Origin: an uncultured Acidobacteriota bacterium
GTDB lineage: Bacteria > Acidobacteriota > UBA6911 > RPQK01 > JAPXNP01
DNA: 64,000 nt
Assembly: GCA_963777605.1 (NCBI GenBank)
Contig: CAVZRV010000007.1
Span: 832,001 to 896,000 of the forward strand
Direction: 5' to 3'
The notes below the pieces were generated by a model. That model made no database searches and was not told the origin of the DNA. It saw nothing but the letters and a program-made list of their open reading frames with translations. Of this stretch, positions 48,114 through 56,597 are shown one piece after another (position 1 is the stretch's first letter; every line of letters starts with the position of its first letter). The translations under genes were made by a program, and so were the position numbers.

Positions 48114-49744
48114 CCGAAAGCACCATGAACACGGTTGCCGATCATCTCCGATCGCGAGCCAGTGACAGCCCCGACCGGCCGGCACTGATCAGTCCAGGGG
48201 GAAATCTGACCTATGCCGAGCTGGATCGACTGAGTGACTGGTTTGCGTCCGCGCTTGCGTCTCTGGGAACCCGGAAGGGAAGCCGGGTCGCCCTGTTGGT
48301 GACGCCCGGGCCTGAGTTGATCACCATCGCATTCTCTCTTGTCAAGATGGGTGCGATTCCTGTGCTGGTTGATCCGGGTATCGGCCGGCGCAACCTGCGC
48401 CGGTGCCTCGACGAGGCCGAACCGGAGCTGTTCATTGGTATCCCCGTTGCCGTTTGGGCTTCCCTCCTGCTGGGCTGGGGCCGGAAATCGCTCTCGGGGC
48501 GGATCGTGGTCGGCCGGTTTGGTCCGCCGGGCTGCCAAACCTATCAGCATCTCCTCGAACTCGGGAAGAACCGCCCTTTTCCCAGGACGGAGGTCCTTCC
48601 AGAGGATCCTGCAGCGATCGCGTTCACCTCGGGCAGCACCGGTCCCCCGAAAGGCGTGGTGTTCACCCATTCCATGTTTACAGCCCAGGCAATGCTACTC
48701 AGGGACGCATTTGATATTCGGCCGGGAGAGGTTGACCTTGCCACTTTTCCCCTGTTTGCACTCTACGATCCTGCTATCCAGATGACGACCGTCTTCCCGG
48801 AAATGGACTTCACCCGGCCCGGACAGGTGGATCCCACCAAAATCATCAGCGCCCTCCAGGATCACGGGGTTACTCACATGTTCGGCTCCCCGGCGCTTCT
48901 CGATCGCCTTGGGCGCCACATCGAGCGTGAGAAGATCGCACTTCACGGCCTCAAGAGGGTCCTCTCGGCGGGCGCACCCGTGTCGCCCGAAATCGCACGG
49001 CGCCTGGCCGGATCGCTGTCTCCGTCCGCGGAGATTCACACGCCGTACGGCGCCACCGAAGGCCTCCCGCTGACTTCGATTTCGTACCGGGAACGATCCT
49101 TGCTCGGAGGAACAGAAGCCGGACGAGGAGTCTGTGTGGGAAAGGCACTGCCCGGAGTTCATCTGGCGGTCGTCCAGATTACCGATGACGCCATCGACGG
49201 CTGGTCCGACGCGCTGTTGGTTCCTCCCGGCGAGGTCGGCGAACTGGTGGCCTGGGGACCAAACGTCTCTGCAGAATACTTCCGACGTACTGAGGCAAAT
49301 CGTCTCGCGAAGATTCCCGACGGCTCTTTCATTCGGCACAGGATGGGTGACCTGGGCTACCTGGACGAGAATGGCCGTTTCTGGTTCTGCGGTCGAAAAG
49401 CGCACCGGGTCGAAACAGACGGAGGCCCGCTCTTCAGCGTGATGGTGGAGGGGGTATTTAATCAGCACAAGGACCTCTATCGAACCGCCCTTGTGGGAAT
49501 CGGGAGTCGCCCGAACCAGCGCCCGGTTCTCTGCGTCGAGCTCGAGCCGGCAGCGCTCAAGTCGGATCGAACTCGGATTATCGCGGAACTCCGGCAACTG
49601 GGCGCCCAAGTAGAATGCGCCCGTCCGGTTGAGACGTTCCTGTTCCATCACGGCTTTCCAGTGGACATCCGGCACAATGCCAAGATCTTTCGGGAGAAAC
49701 TTGCTTTATGGGCCGAGAAACAGCTGCTCAAACTGCCCTCGTGA
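48110..49744 (+). CDS. oleC: OleC beta-lactone synthetase (ANL family)
   Basis: Motifs FTSGSTGPPKGV, TFPLFAL, TPYGATE, HRMGDLGY, WFCGRKAHRV and FPVDIRHNAKIFREKLA. Confidence 0.92.
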   Translation: MTESTMNTVADHLRSRASDSPDRPALISPGGNLTYAELDRLSDWFASALASLGTRKGSRVALLVTPGPELITIAFSLVKMGAIPVLVDPGIGRRNLRRCLDEAEPELFIGIPVAVWASLLLGWGRKSLSGRIVVGRFGPPGCQTYQHLLELGKNRPFPRTEVLPEDPAAIAFTSGSTGPPKGVVFTHSMFTAQAMLLRDAFDIRPGEVDLATFPLFALYDPAIQMTTVFPEMDFTRPGQVDPTKIISALQDHGVTHMFGSPALLDRLGRHIEREKIALHGLKRVLSAGAPVSPEIARRLAGSLSPSAEIHTPYGATEGLPLTSISYRERSLLGGTEAGRGVCVGKALPGVHLAVVQITDDAIDGWSDALLVPPGEVGELVAWGPNVSAEYFRRTEANRLAKIPDGSFIRHRMGDLGYLDENGRFWFCGRKAHRVETDGGPLFSVMVEGVFNQHKDLYRTALVGIGSRPNQRPVLCVELEPAALKSDRTRIIAELRQLGAQVECARPVETFLFHHGFPVDIRHNAKIFREKLALWAEKQLLKLPS

Positions 49745-50724
49745 CCGGTGCCGGGGGGTTCCTCGGTGGCGCCGTCGCCCGAATGCTGGTCGCGAAGGGG
49801 ATGAAAGTGAAGTCCTTCTCGCGGCGCAACTACTCGGCACTTTCCCAGTTTGGAATTGATCACATTCAGGGGGACCTGAACGACCGACGGGCCGTCGAAC
49901 GGGCCTGCCGAGGTGCTGATATTGTTTTCCATGCCGCGGCCAAGGCCGGAATTTGGGGAGCATACGAGGACTTTTACAAGGCTAATGTCGTCGGCACCCG
50001 AAACATTCTGTCTGCCTGCCGTGACCACGGGATCGATCGACTGGTCTACACCAGTTCACCGAGCGTGATCTTCAACGGTCAAGATATGGAGGGCGTCAAC
50101 GAGACTGTCCCCTTCCCAGATCATTACAAGGCCGCCTATCCCGAAACCAAAGCCGAGGCTGAACGACTCATACTCGCTGCAAACTGCCCGGAACTTGCTA
50201 CAGTGAGTCTCCGTCCTCACCTGATCTGGGGACCGGGCGATACGCAGCTCGTCCCTGGCATCCTGGACCGCGCCCGCTCTGGGCAGTTGCGACAGATCGG
50301 GCCGGCTAACAAGTTGGTCGATTTTACCTATATCGATAACGCGGCTCATGCCCACTGCTGTGCCGCTGAGCACCTGACTCCCGGATCGGCAGCAGCGGGA
50401 CGGGCTTTCTTTATCTCCCAGGGAGAGCCCATGCCCCTCTGGAATTTTGTAAATAGACTCCTGGAGTGCGATGGCCTCCCCAAGATCAGCAGGAAGATTC
50501 CACGCAATTTGGCCTACGTGGTTGGGGCAATCCTTGAGTCAGCCTATCGCCTGTTGCCGCTGCGAGGAGAGCCCCGCCTGACGCGCTTTCTGGTTGAGGA
50601 ACTCTCAACAGCGCACTGGTTCGATATCACTGCGGCCCGGGAGACGATTGGCTACCGCCCCCAGGTCTCGATGGAAGAAGGCTTTCAACGTCTGGCGGTA
50701 TCGCTGCGGCAGGAGAGCCACTGA
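49708..50724 (+). CDS. oleD: OleD 2-alkyl-3-oxoalkanoate reductase (3-beta-HSD-type SDR)
   Basis: Motifs VTGAGGFLG, HAAAKAGIWG, YTSSPSV, YPETK and LRPHLIWGPGD. Confidence 0.9.
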   Translation: MGRETAAQTALVTGAGGFLGGAVARMLVAKGMKVKSFSRRNYSALSQFGIDHIQGDLNDRRAVERACRGADIVFHAAAKAGIWGAYEDFYKANVVGTRNILSACRDHGIDRLVYTSSPSVIFNGQDMEGVNETVPFPDHYKAAYPETKAEAERLILAANCPELATVSLRPHLIWGPGDTQLVPGILDRARSGQLRQIGPANKLVDFTYIDNAAHAHCCAAEHLTPGSAAAGRAFFISQGEPMPLWNFVNRLLECDGLPKISRKIPRNLAYVVGAILESAYRLLPLRGEPRLTRFLVEELSTAHWFDITAARETIGYRPQVSMEEGFQRLAVSLRQESH

Positions 50725-50887
50725 CCTTGTCCAACATCGAACCGGGTCCTTTCCGGTTACGGGCAGAATCGCTCCTGCCGGGAGAACTGACACTTCGTCG
50801 GCTTGTCGACTTTTCTTTCGGCCAGCCGCTGGGTAATGTATGCGGGATAGAATTTAGTGACAAGCTCATGAAACAGGAGAGTGATTC

Positions 50888-51178
50888 ATGCCCCTGACTG
50901 TTATTGCATTCATAAAGTCCAAGCCTGGAAAAGAAAAGGAAGTCGAAGAGACTCTGCGTGGTTTGATTCCGCCAACACGATCGGAGGCAGGCTGCATCAA
51001 TTACAATCTCCATCAGTCGCAGATTGAAAAGGGTCTTTTCATGTTCTACGAGAACTGGACCAGCCGCGAAACCCTTGACGAACACCTGGCTACACCCTAT
51101 CTCGATGACTTCCTGTCAAAGGTGGACGATCTTCTGGATCGCCCGGTCGATATCCAGCTTTTTGACAAGCTTGACTAA
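50888..51178 (+). CDS. ABM-family putative quinol monooxygenase
   Basis: KPGKE...TRSEAGCINYNLHQ...FYENW...HLATPY, 96 aa. Confidence 0.88.
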   Translation: MPLTVIAFIKSKPGKEKEVEETLRGLIPPTRSEAGCINYNLHQSQIEKGLFMFYENWTSRETLDEHLATPYLDDFLSKVDDLLDRPVDIQLFDKLD

Positions 51179-51192
51179 TAGAACGTTCCGTT

Positions 51193-51221
51193 TTGCTCTT
51201 GTGCCCATCAAGTGCTAAATT
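51193..51221 (+). promoter_or_regulatory. Putative sigma70 promoter of the CBS-domain gene
   Basis: TTGCTC-N17-TAAATT with an extended -10 (TGc). Confidence 0.45.
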
Positions 51222-51340
51222 AGGCTGTAACTGTCTGCTGTTGCGCATTTTCCCGGCAATCAGGCCATGTCAAATGAAGACAGGGTTGAAGAGCTCCAGC
51301 GGGCCGCTCCGGCACTTTGATACAGCGCGAGGTACTCATA

Positions 51341-51778
51341 ATGATGAAAACGGTTCACGAAATTCTGGCCCGCAAGGGCGATGAAATCCACTCCGTCACT
51401 CCCGAGAGTACGATTTACGAGGCTCTCAAACTGATGGCCGAGAAAAATATCGGCGCCGTGCTGGTACTCTCGGACGACCAGATCGAAGGAATCTTCTCTG
51501 AGCGCGATTACGCCCGCAAGGTCATTCTGAAAGGCAAGGCCTCACGGGAGACAACGGTCGGAGAAGCCATGACGACGAGGGTGGCTTTCGTGCGGCCTGA
51601 TCAGAGCGTCGAAGATTGCATGGCACTGATGACTGACATGCGCATCCGTCATCTGCCGGTCATGCAGGAAGACAAGCTGATCGGAGTCGTGTCCATCGGA
51701 GACATTGTCCAGGCTAAGATTTCGGAACAGCAGTACATGATCGAGCAGCTGGAGAATTACATCACCGGCGTCCGCTAA
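51341..51778 (+). CDS. Stand-alone CBS-pair protein
   Basis: Motifs NIGAVLV, GIFSERDYARK, RHLPV and GVVSIGDIV. Confidence 0.93.
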   Translation: MMKTVHEILARKGDEIHSVTPESTIYEALKLMAEKNIGAVLVLSDDQIEGIFSERDYARKVILKGKASRETTVGEAMTTRVAFVRPDQSVEDCMALMTDMRIRHLPVMQEDKLIGVVSIGDIVQAKISEQQYMIEQLENYITGVR

Positions 51779-52187
51779 GCGGTCCGCGACTGTTGCCTGA
51801 TTCTTTGCGTCTTCGGTCGAGGAGTTTCCTGACCCGGCCGAAACCCGGGAAACACTGAAGGGGCCATTTCAAGCAACCAAATGAACCTGCGGAACCCAAG
51901 TCAGCCTGGACCGGAGCCCCATCCGTCAAGAGGAGCGCGACCAGGAGTTCCTCCCTTTCATCTTCAATAGACTGAAACTTCCGGCAGGAGACCGGAGCGA
52001 GAAGCGTGAATGGTCCCGAGCTCCGGGATGAAAGCATTGAAAGCGGACCCACAATTAACCGACCTGGGAAACCCTGCTCCGTTGGCGCGGAGCTTGGCTG
52101 CGCTCCCCAGTTTCACCGCCTGAATGGTCCGACCCCGCGGGGGCCGTCCTGAGCTGAAACCTTTTCCAGCCTGGAAAAGGGCCGCGC

Positions 52188-52217
52188 TTGCTGATGCCGG
52201 TCACCCATAGATAGAAT
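52188..52217 (+). promoter_or_regulatory. Putative sigma70 promoter of rocD-argF
   Basis: TTGCTG-N18-TAGAAT about 45 nt before the TTG start. Confidence 0.5.
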
Positions 52218-52261
52218 TCCCTCTGGACAACCTGTTTTCGATTATTGACTTGGAGGTTCTC

Positions 52262-53485
52262 TTGACTGAAGGCACGCATTCGTCGAGTCTCACGGACGAG
52301 ATTATCGAGTCCGACTTCACTTACGGGGCCAGCAACTACGCACCGCTTCCCGTCGTCATCGAGCGGGGCGAGGGCGTCTACGTCTGGGATGTGGAAGGTC
52401 ATCGCTACTTCGACATGCTGAGTGCATACAGCGCGCTCAACCAGGGCCACTGCCACCCCAAAATCGTGAGCGCCGCAAAAAAGCAGCTCGATCGGTTGAC
52501 CCTGACTTCCCGCGCATTCCACAACAATGTGATGCATCTGTTTCTCCGTAAGCTCTGCTCGCTGACCGGATTCGAAAAGGTACTCCCGATGAACTCGGGG
52601 GCCGAGGCCGTTGAAACCGCACTGAAGGTGATGCGGAAATGGGGCTACGAGCAAAAGGGCATCCCCTCCAACGAGGCCGAGATCATCGTCTGCGAGGAGA
52701 ACTTTCACGGTCGTACGACGACGATCGTCGGGTTCTCCACCGATCCGGATGCCTATGAAGGGTTCGGTCCGCCGACCCCGGGATTCAAGATCGTTCCTTA
52801 CAACGACCCTGCCGCCCTGGAGCAGGCGGTCACTCCAAACACCTGCGGATTCCTTGTCGAGCCGATCCAGGGAGAGGCAGGGGTGAAAATCCCCGACCCT
52901 GGTTATCTCCGAAGCGTCCGGGAGATCTGCACGCGAAACAACGTTCTATTTTGCGCCGACGAAATCCAGACCGGGCTGGGAAGGACCGGCCGGCTGTTCT
53001 GCTTTGAGCACGACAACGTTCGTCCCGATATCGTGATCATGGGCAAGGCTCTTTCGGGGGGCCTTTACCCGCTTTCCGCGATCGCCTGCGACCACTCTAT
53101 TATGCAGGCCTTCAAACCCGGGACACACGGAAGCACCTATGGCGGAAATCCTCTCGCCTGCGCAATCGGCATTGCGGCTCTGGACGTGATTGTTGAAGAA
53201 GACCTGCCTGGGAAGGCGGCGGAGCAGGGAGACTACTTTGTCTCAAAGCTGAGCAGCCTGAATCATTCCAAATTGAAAAAAGTCCGGGGCAAGGGACTCT
53301 TGATGGCGGTGGAATTCACCGAACCGATTGCCAAACCTTTCTGCAAGAAGTTGAAATCTAAGGGGATTTTGGCAAAGGACACGCACGCCGTCACAGTCCG
53401 GTTTGCTCCGCCCCTCATCATTACTCGTGACCAGGTCGATGAAGCATTCTCCCTGATCCAGGAAGCTCTCGGAGAATTTGACTAG
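52262..53485 (+). CDS. rocD: Ornithine--oxo-acid aminotransferase
   Basis: Motifs NYAPLPVV, LSAYSALNQGHCHP, LTSRAF, PMNSGAEAVETA and HGSTYGGNPL. GGAGG RBS precedes TTG 52262. Confidence 0.93.
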   Translation: MTEGTHSSSLTDEIIESDFTYGASNYAPLPVVIERGEGVYVWDVEGHRYFDMLSAYSALNQGHCHPKIVSAAKKQLDRLTLTSRAFHNNVMHLFLRKLCSLTGFEKVLPMNSGAEAVETALKVMRKWGYEQKGIPSNEAEIIVCEENFHGRTTTIVGFSTDPDAYEGFGPPTPGFKIVPYNDPAALEQAVTPNTCGFLVEPIQGEAGVKIPDPGYLRSVREICTRNNVLFCADEIQTGLGRTGRLFCFEHDNVRPDIVIMGKALSGGLYPLSAIACDHSIMQAFKPGTHGSTYGGNPLACAIGIAALDVIVEEDLPGKAAEQGDYFVSKLSSLNHSKLKKVRGKGLLMAVEFTEPIAKPFCKKLKSKGILAKDTHAVTVRFAPPLIITRDQVDEAFSLIQEALGEFD

Positions 53486-53495
53486 AGGAGGAGCC

Positions 53496-54431
53496 TTGAA
53501 TATCCGAAACCGTCATTTCCTAACCCTGCGTGATTTTTCAGCCGAGGAGATCCTCGGAATCCTGGATTTCGCCCACGAAGTGAAGCGCCGGCAAAAAGAA
53601 GGAACGCCCTTTCACCCAATGAAAGGCAAGATGATGGCAATGATTTTTCAGAAGCCATCGCTCCGTACTCGTGTCTCCTTCGAGACCGGCATGTACCAGA
53701 TGGGCGGGAATGCCATTTATCTCGGCCCTGCGGAAATCGGGATCGGGAAACGGGAATCCGTCGAGGACATCGCCAAGGTTCTCAGCCGGCAGGTCGACGT
53801 CATCATGGCCCGCGTGTTCGGACATGGCATCGTCGAAGACTTGGCCCGCGATTCCTCAGTCCCGGTAGTCAACGGGCTCAGCGATTTCGTCCACCCCTGC
53901 CAGGCCCTGGCAGACTTCCAGACGATTCAGGAACGCGGAAAGACACTGCCGGGCCTGAAGCTGGCGTACATCGGCGACGGGAACAACGTGGCCAACTCGC
54001 TGATTTTCGGAGGAGTGTCGCTTGGTGTTCACGTCTTCACCGCCTCTCCCCAGGGCTACCAGGTCTCCCCAGACGTTCAGGGCTGGGCTCGGGACTTCAC
54101 CGGAGGCGGCGCCGGAACCCTGACGGTTACGGAAAGCGTTGAAGAAGCGGCTGACTCCGCCGACGTCCTTTACACCGACGTCTGGGCCAGCATGGGACAG
54201 GAAGCGGAAGCCGCGGCTCGCAAGCGTGCCTTCGACGGCTACCAGATCAACCGGCAGGTCCTGGACATGGCCAAGCCGGATGCCGTCGTCCTGCACTGTC
54301 TCCCGGCACACTACGGCGAGGAGATCACCCGCGAGGCCGTCGATTCACCCAATTCGGCGGTGTTTGACGAAGCCGAGAATCGCCTTCACGCCCAGAAGGC
54401 GCTTGTCGCCCTTCTGGCCGGTGAGCTCTGA
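53496..54431 (+). CDS. argF: Ornithine carbamoyltransferase
   Basis: Motifs KPSLRTRVSF, HPCQ, GDGNN, DVWASMG and HCLP. GGAGG RBS precedes TTG 53496. Confidence 0.93.
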   Translation: MNIRNRHFLTLRDFSAEEILGILDFAHEVKRRQKEGTPFHPMKGKMMAMIFQKPSLRTRVSFETGMYQMGGNAIYLGPAEIGIGKRESVEDIAKVLSRQVDVIMARVFGHGIVEDLARDSSVPVVNGLSDFVHPCQALADFQTIQERGKTLPGLKLAYIGDGNNVANSLIFGGVSLGVHVFTASPQGYQVSPDVQGWARDFTGGGAGTLTVTESVEEAADSADVLYTDVWASMGQEAEAAARKRAFDGYQINRQVLDMAKPDAVVLHCLPAHYGEEITREAVDSPNSAVFDEAENRLHAQKALVALLAGEL

Positions 54432-54439
54432 CCAATCAC

Positions 54440-54467
54440 GGGCGCCGCGTCGATCGTGGCGCCCTTT
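54440..54467 (+). terminator. Hairpin terminator after argF
   Basis: GGGCGCCGCG-TCGAT-CGTGGCGCCC followed by TTT, between convergent genes. Confidence 0.55.
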
Positions 54468-54497
54468 CCCAAACGCCCCCCGTATCGAGTCGTCCAA

Positions 54498-56597
54498 TTA
54501 GTGGGAGTTCAGCAGTGAGGACCGGTTGATTCGCTCCCCCTTGAAAATCACCGTAGAAATCCTCTCCAGTGCTGCGACATCCGTGGTCGGATCCCCATCC
54601 ACCAGCAGCAACGAAGCTTCATAGCCCGGCTTGATCCGGCCGATCCGATCGCCCGCTCCAACAGCATCTGCGGCGATGCTGGTTGCGGACCGCAACACAT
54701 CCACGGCCGGAATCCCGGCTCCGGCCCATGCCTGCAGCTCGTGGTGCAGGCTCGGTCCGTGAAGCAAAAGGGGTCTCCCGGCCTGGCTTCCGGGGATGAG
54801 CGTCACTCCAGCCTGATGAGCTGCTACGAGGGCTCTTCGGGCATTCTCAAACGCCTCTTCAGCCTCCTGCTTCGACGGTATGTCGGTCCTCAATACTCCC
54901 GCCCGCAGCTTCTCGCTCAACTGCTCAATAGTCTCGACCGACGCGACTTGCTGAACCAGGGAGCGTTCCAGCAAAGAGGGATCCCGTCGAACGAGCGCCA
55001 ACACCGCCTCGGGCCAGGCCAACGAAATTGAAAGGAGCACCTTCTTGGTCGCTGCCTGCGAAAGGGTCTCTCGCTCAAAAGGTTCGTCCGCAAAGGGACA
55101 TACGACCTGCTCCAAGCCGATCCCCAGGGCCGCCCGCAGGCCGGCGGCGGATTCCAGAACTCCGATCAGGGGAATCCCGGAACTGCGCCCCCGGCTGGCC
55201 AGTACCTGCATCATCCCAAGGTAGGGCTTTCTGGGCTGGCGCGGGATCTGAAAGATCAGGGAATCCGCATCCCGGGACTGGGTTACCGCCTGGCCCATGA
55301 AACTGGACCCTTCGCTGAAACCACCCTTGGCCCCGGCCGGAGCACAGGTGATCAATTCCGCCCCAAGGACCGCCCCTTCGGCGATTTCCGATTCCACGTC
55401 GTTCTGGAGTTCGATAGGTAGATCGACTCCCCGTACCGCGGTCACGCCACAGTAGAGCTGGGTAGCGAGGGCGTTCCGCAGCTTTTCCTTCGGATCGTCC
55501 TTGCGGGCCCCATCCACTCCGGCCGTCTCCCCCGGCAAAGAAAACGTGTCGATCAGGCCGGGCAGCAATGTCTTTCCGGACGCTGCCACAACCGTGACAT
55601 TCGACGGTATCGCGGTGTCCGCACCTCGCACGACCTCCTTGATCCTGCCGTCCTCGATCAGGACCGAACCGCGTTCCACGATTTCGCCGTCTCCCACGAA
55701 TATTCGGGCATCCTGGATCAGCAGGTTCTCCTTGCGCTGGAGTTCCCGGTACAGGATGCGGGCCCGCTCGATCTGGTCCTGCGAGAAAAACTGAACGGTT
55801 CCCAGCACAATGAACGGGGCAAGTGCGGCGAGGACCCATGCCTTCGACCGGGCCGGGACTTTCTCTTCCTTCTCCCATCGAAAAAGTTTCGCGGAAATGA
55901 AGGTTCCCAAAAAGATGGTAACGAAAAGGGCGAGCACAGGAATGGCATGGTGGAAGACCGACTCGTTCTTCAGGAAGACCCCTTGTAGCCCGCTCACCAG
56001 GTACGTAGCCGGCAGGTACTGGGAAACCAGTTGTACCCAACCGGGAAGCACGGTGATCGGGAAGAGAGCCCCGCTCAGAAAGAGCATCGGCGTGTAGAAG
56101 ATCTGGACCAGGATGTTGACTTCCTGCATCGAATTGGCGACCGCGGCAAGAATCAGCCCGAGGGCGCGGAAGGCGAGCAGGCCGCAGGTCAGGATCACCA
56201 TGAAAGAGAGCGGCCGCGAAGGCAGGGCCATCCCGTAGACCGAAACCGACAAACCGATGATGATGAGCACGGCCGGAACGTACAGGACCCATCCGGTGAC
56301 CAGAGATGCCACCAACAGTGGCGTGGAAGTAATCGGGGCAACCTTGAAACGGCGAAGAATGTGGTTCTCTCGATCGTGCACCGTCCGCATGCCGGCACCG
56401 AAAAGACCGTTCCCCAGGATCCCCATGAGCAGGACCATGCTCACAACGTAGGAAATGGACCCACCCTTGCGCGAATCGAAGAGCTCGGCGAAGGCGAAGA
56501 AGAAGATCAAGGGAAAGAGATAGCTGAAGAAGAGGACGCTCTTGTCCCGCAGCGCAAGCCGAAGATCGATCTTCACCAGTTCAACGTAGGCTCTCAT
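54498..56597 (-). CDS. ABC-2 type permease fused to a degenerate amidohydrolase domain
   Basis: About 270 aa N-terminal permease (RE..ILRRFKVAP, PMLFLSGALFP, LPATYLV). C-terminal amidohydrolase (GKTLLPGLID, GVTAVR, GRIKPGYEASLLLVDGDP). Confidence 0.85.
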   Translation of the reverse strand: MRAYVELVKIDLRLALRDKSVLFFSYLFPLIFFFAFAELFDSRKGGSISYVVSMVLLMGILGNGLFGAGMRTVHDRENHILRRFKVAPITSTPLLVASLVTGWVLYVPAVLIIIGLSVSVYGMALPSRPLSFMVILTCGLLAFRALGLILAAVANSMQEVNILVQIFYTPMLFLSGALFPITVLPGWVQLVSQYLPATYLVSGLQGVFLKNESVFHHAIPVLALFVTIFLGTFISAKLFRWEKEEKVPARSKAWVLAALAPFIVLGTVQFFSQDQIERARILYRELQRKENLLIQDARIFVGDGEIVERGSVLIEDGRIKEVVRGADTAIPSNVTVVAASGKTLLPGLIDTFSLPGETAGVDGARKDDPKEKLRNALATQLYCGVTAVRGVDLPIELQNDVESEIAEGAVLGAELITCAPAGAKGGFSEGSSFMGQAVTQSRDADSLIFQIPRQPRKPYLGMMQVLASRGRSSGIPLIGVLESAAGLRAALGIGLEQVVCPFADEPFERETLSQAATKKVLLSISLAWPEAVLALVRRDPSLLERSLVQQVASVETIEQLSEKLRAGVLRTDIPSKQEAEEAFENARRALVAAHQAGVTLIPGSQAGRPLLLHGPSLHHELQAWAGAGIPAVDVLRSATSIAADAVGAGDRIGRIKPGYEASLLLVDGDPTTDVAALERISTVIFKGERINRSSLLNSH

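Noticed and set aside
51925-52060. AGAGGAGCG...GAGT resembling the start of a lysine riboswitch
   Set aside because: The downstream GAAAGG...CGCCGAA and CTGTC elements are absent, and the segment lies upstream of the predicted rocD promoter.
53650-53680. SLRT motif suggesting an N-acetyl/N-succinyl-ornithine transcarbamylase
   Set aside because: The DVWASMG ornithine-binding loop of true OTCases is present, and SLRT also occurs in ordinary OTCases.
55075-56292. 405-aa alternative-frame ORF inside the permease-amidohydrolase fusion
   Set aside because: Gly/Arg/Pro-rich off-frame translation. It does not supply the missing HxH motif in a plausible context.
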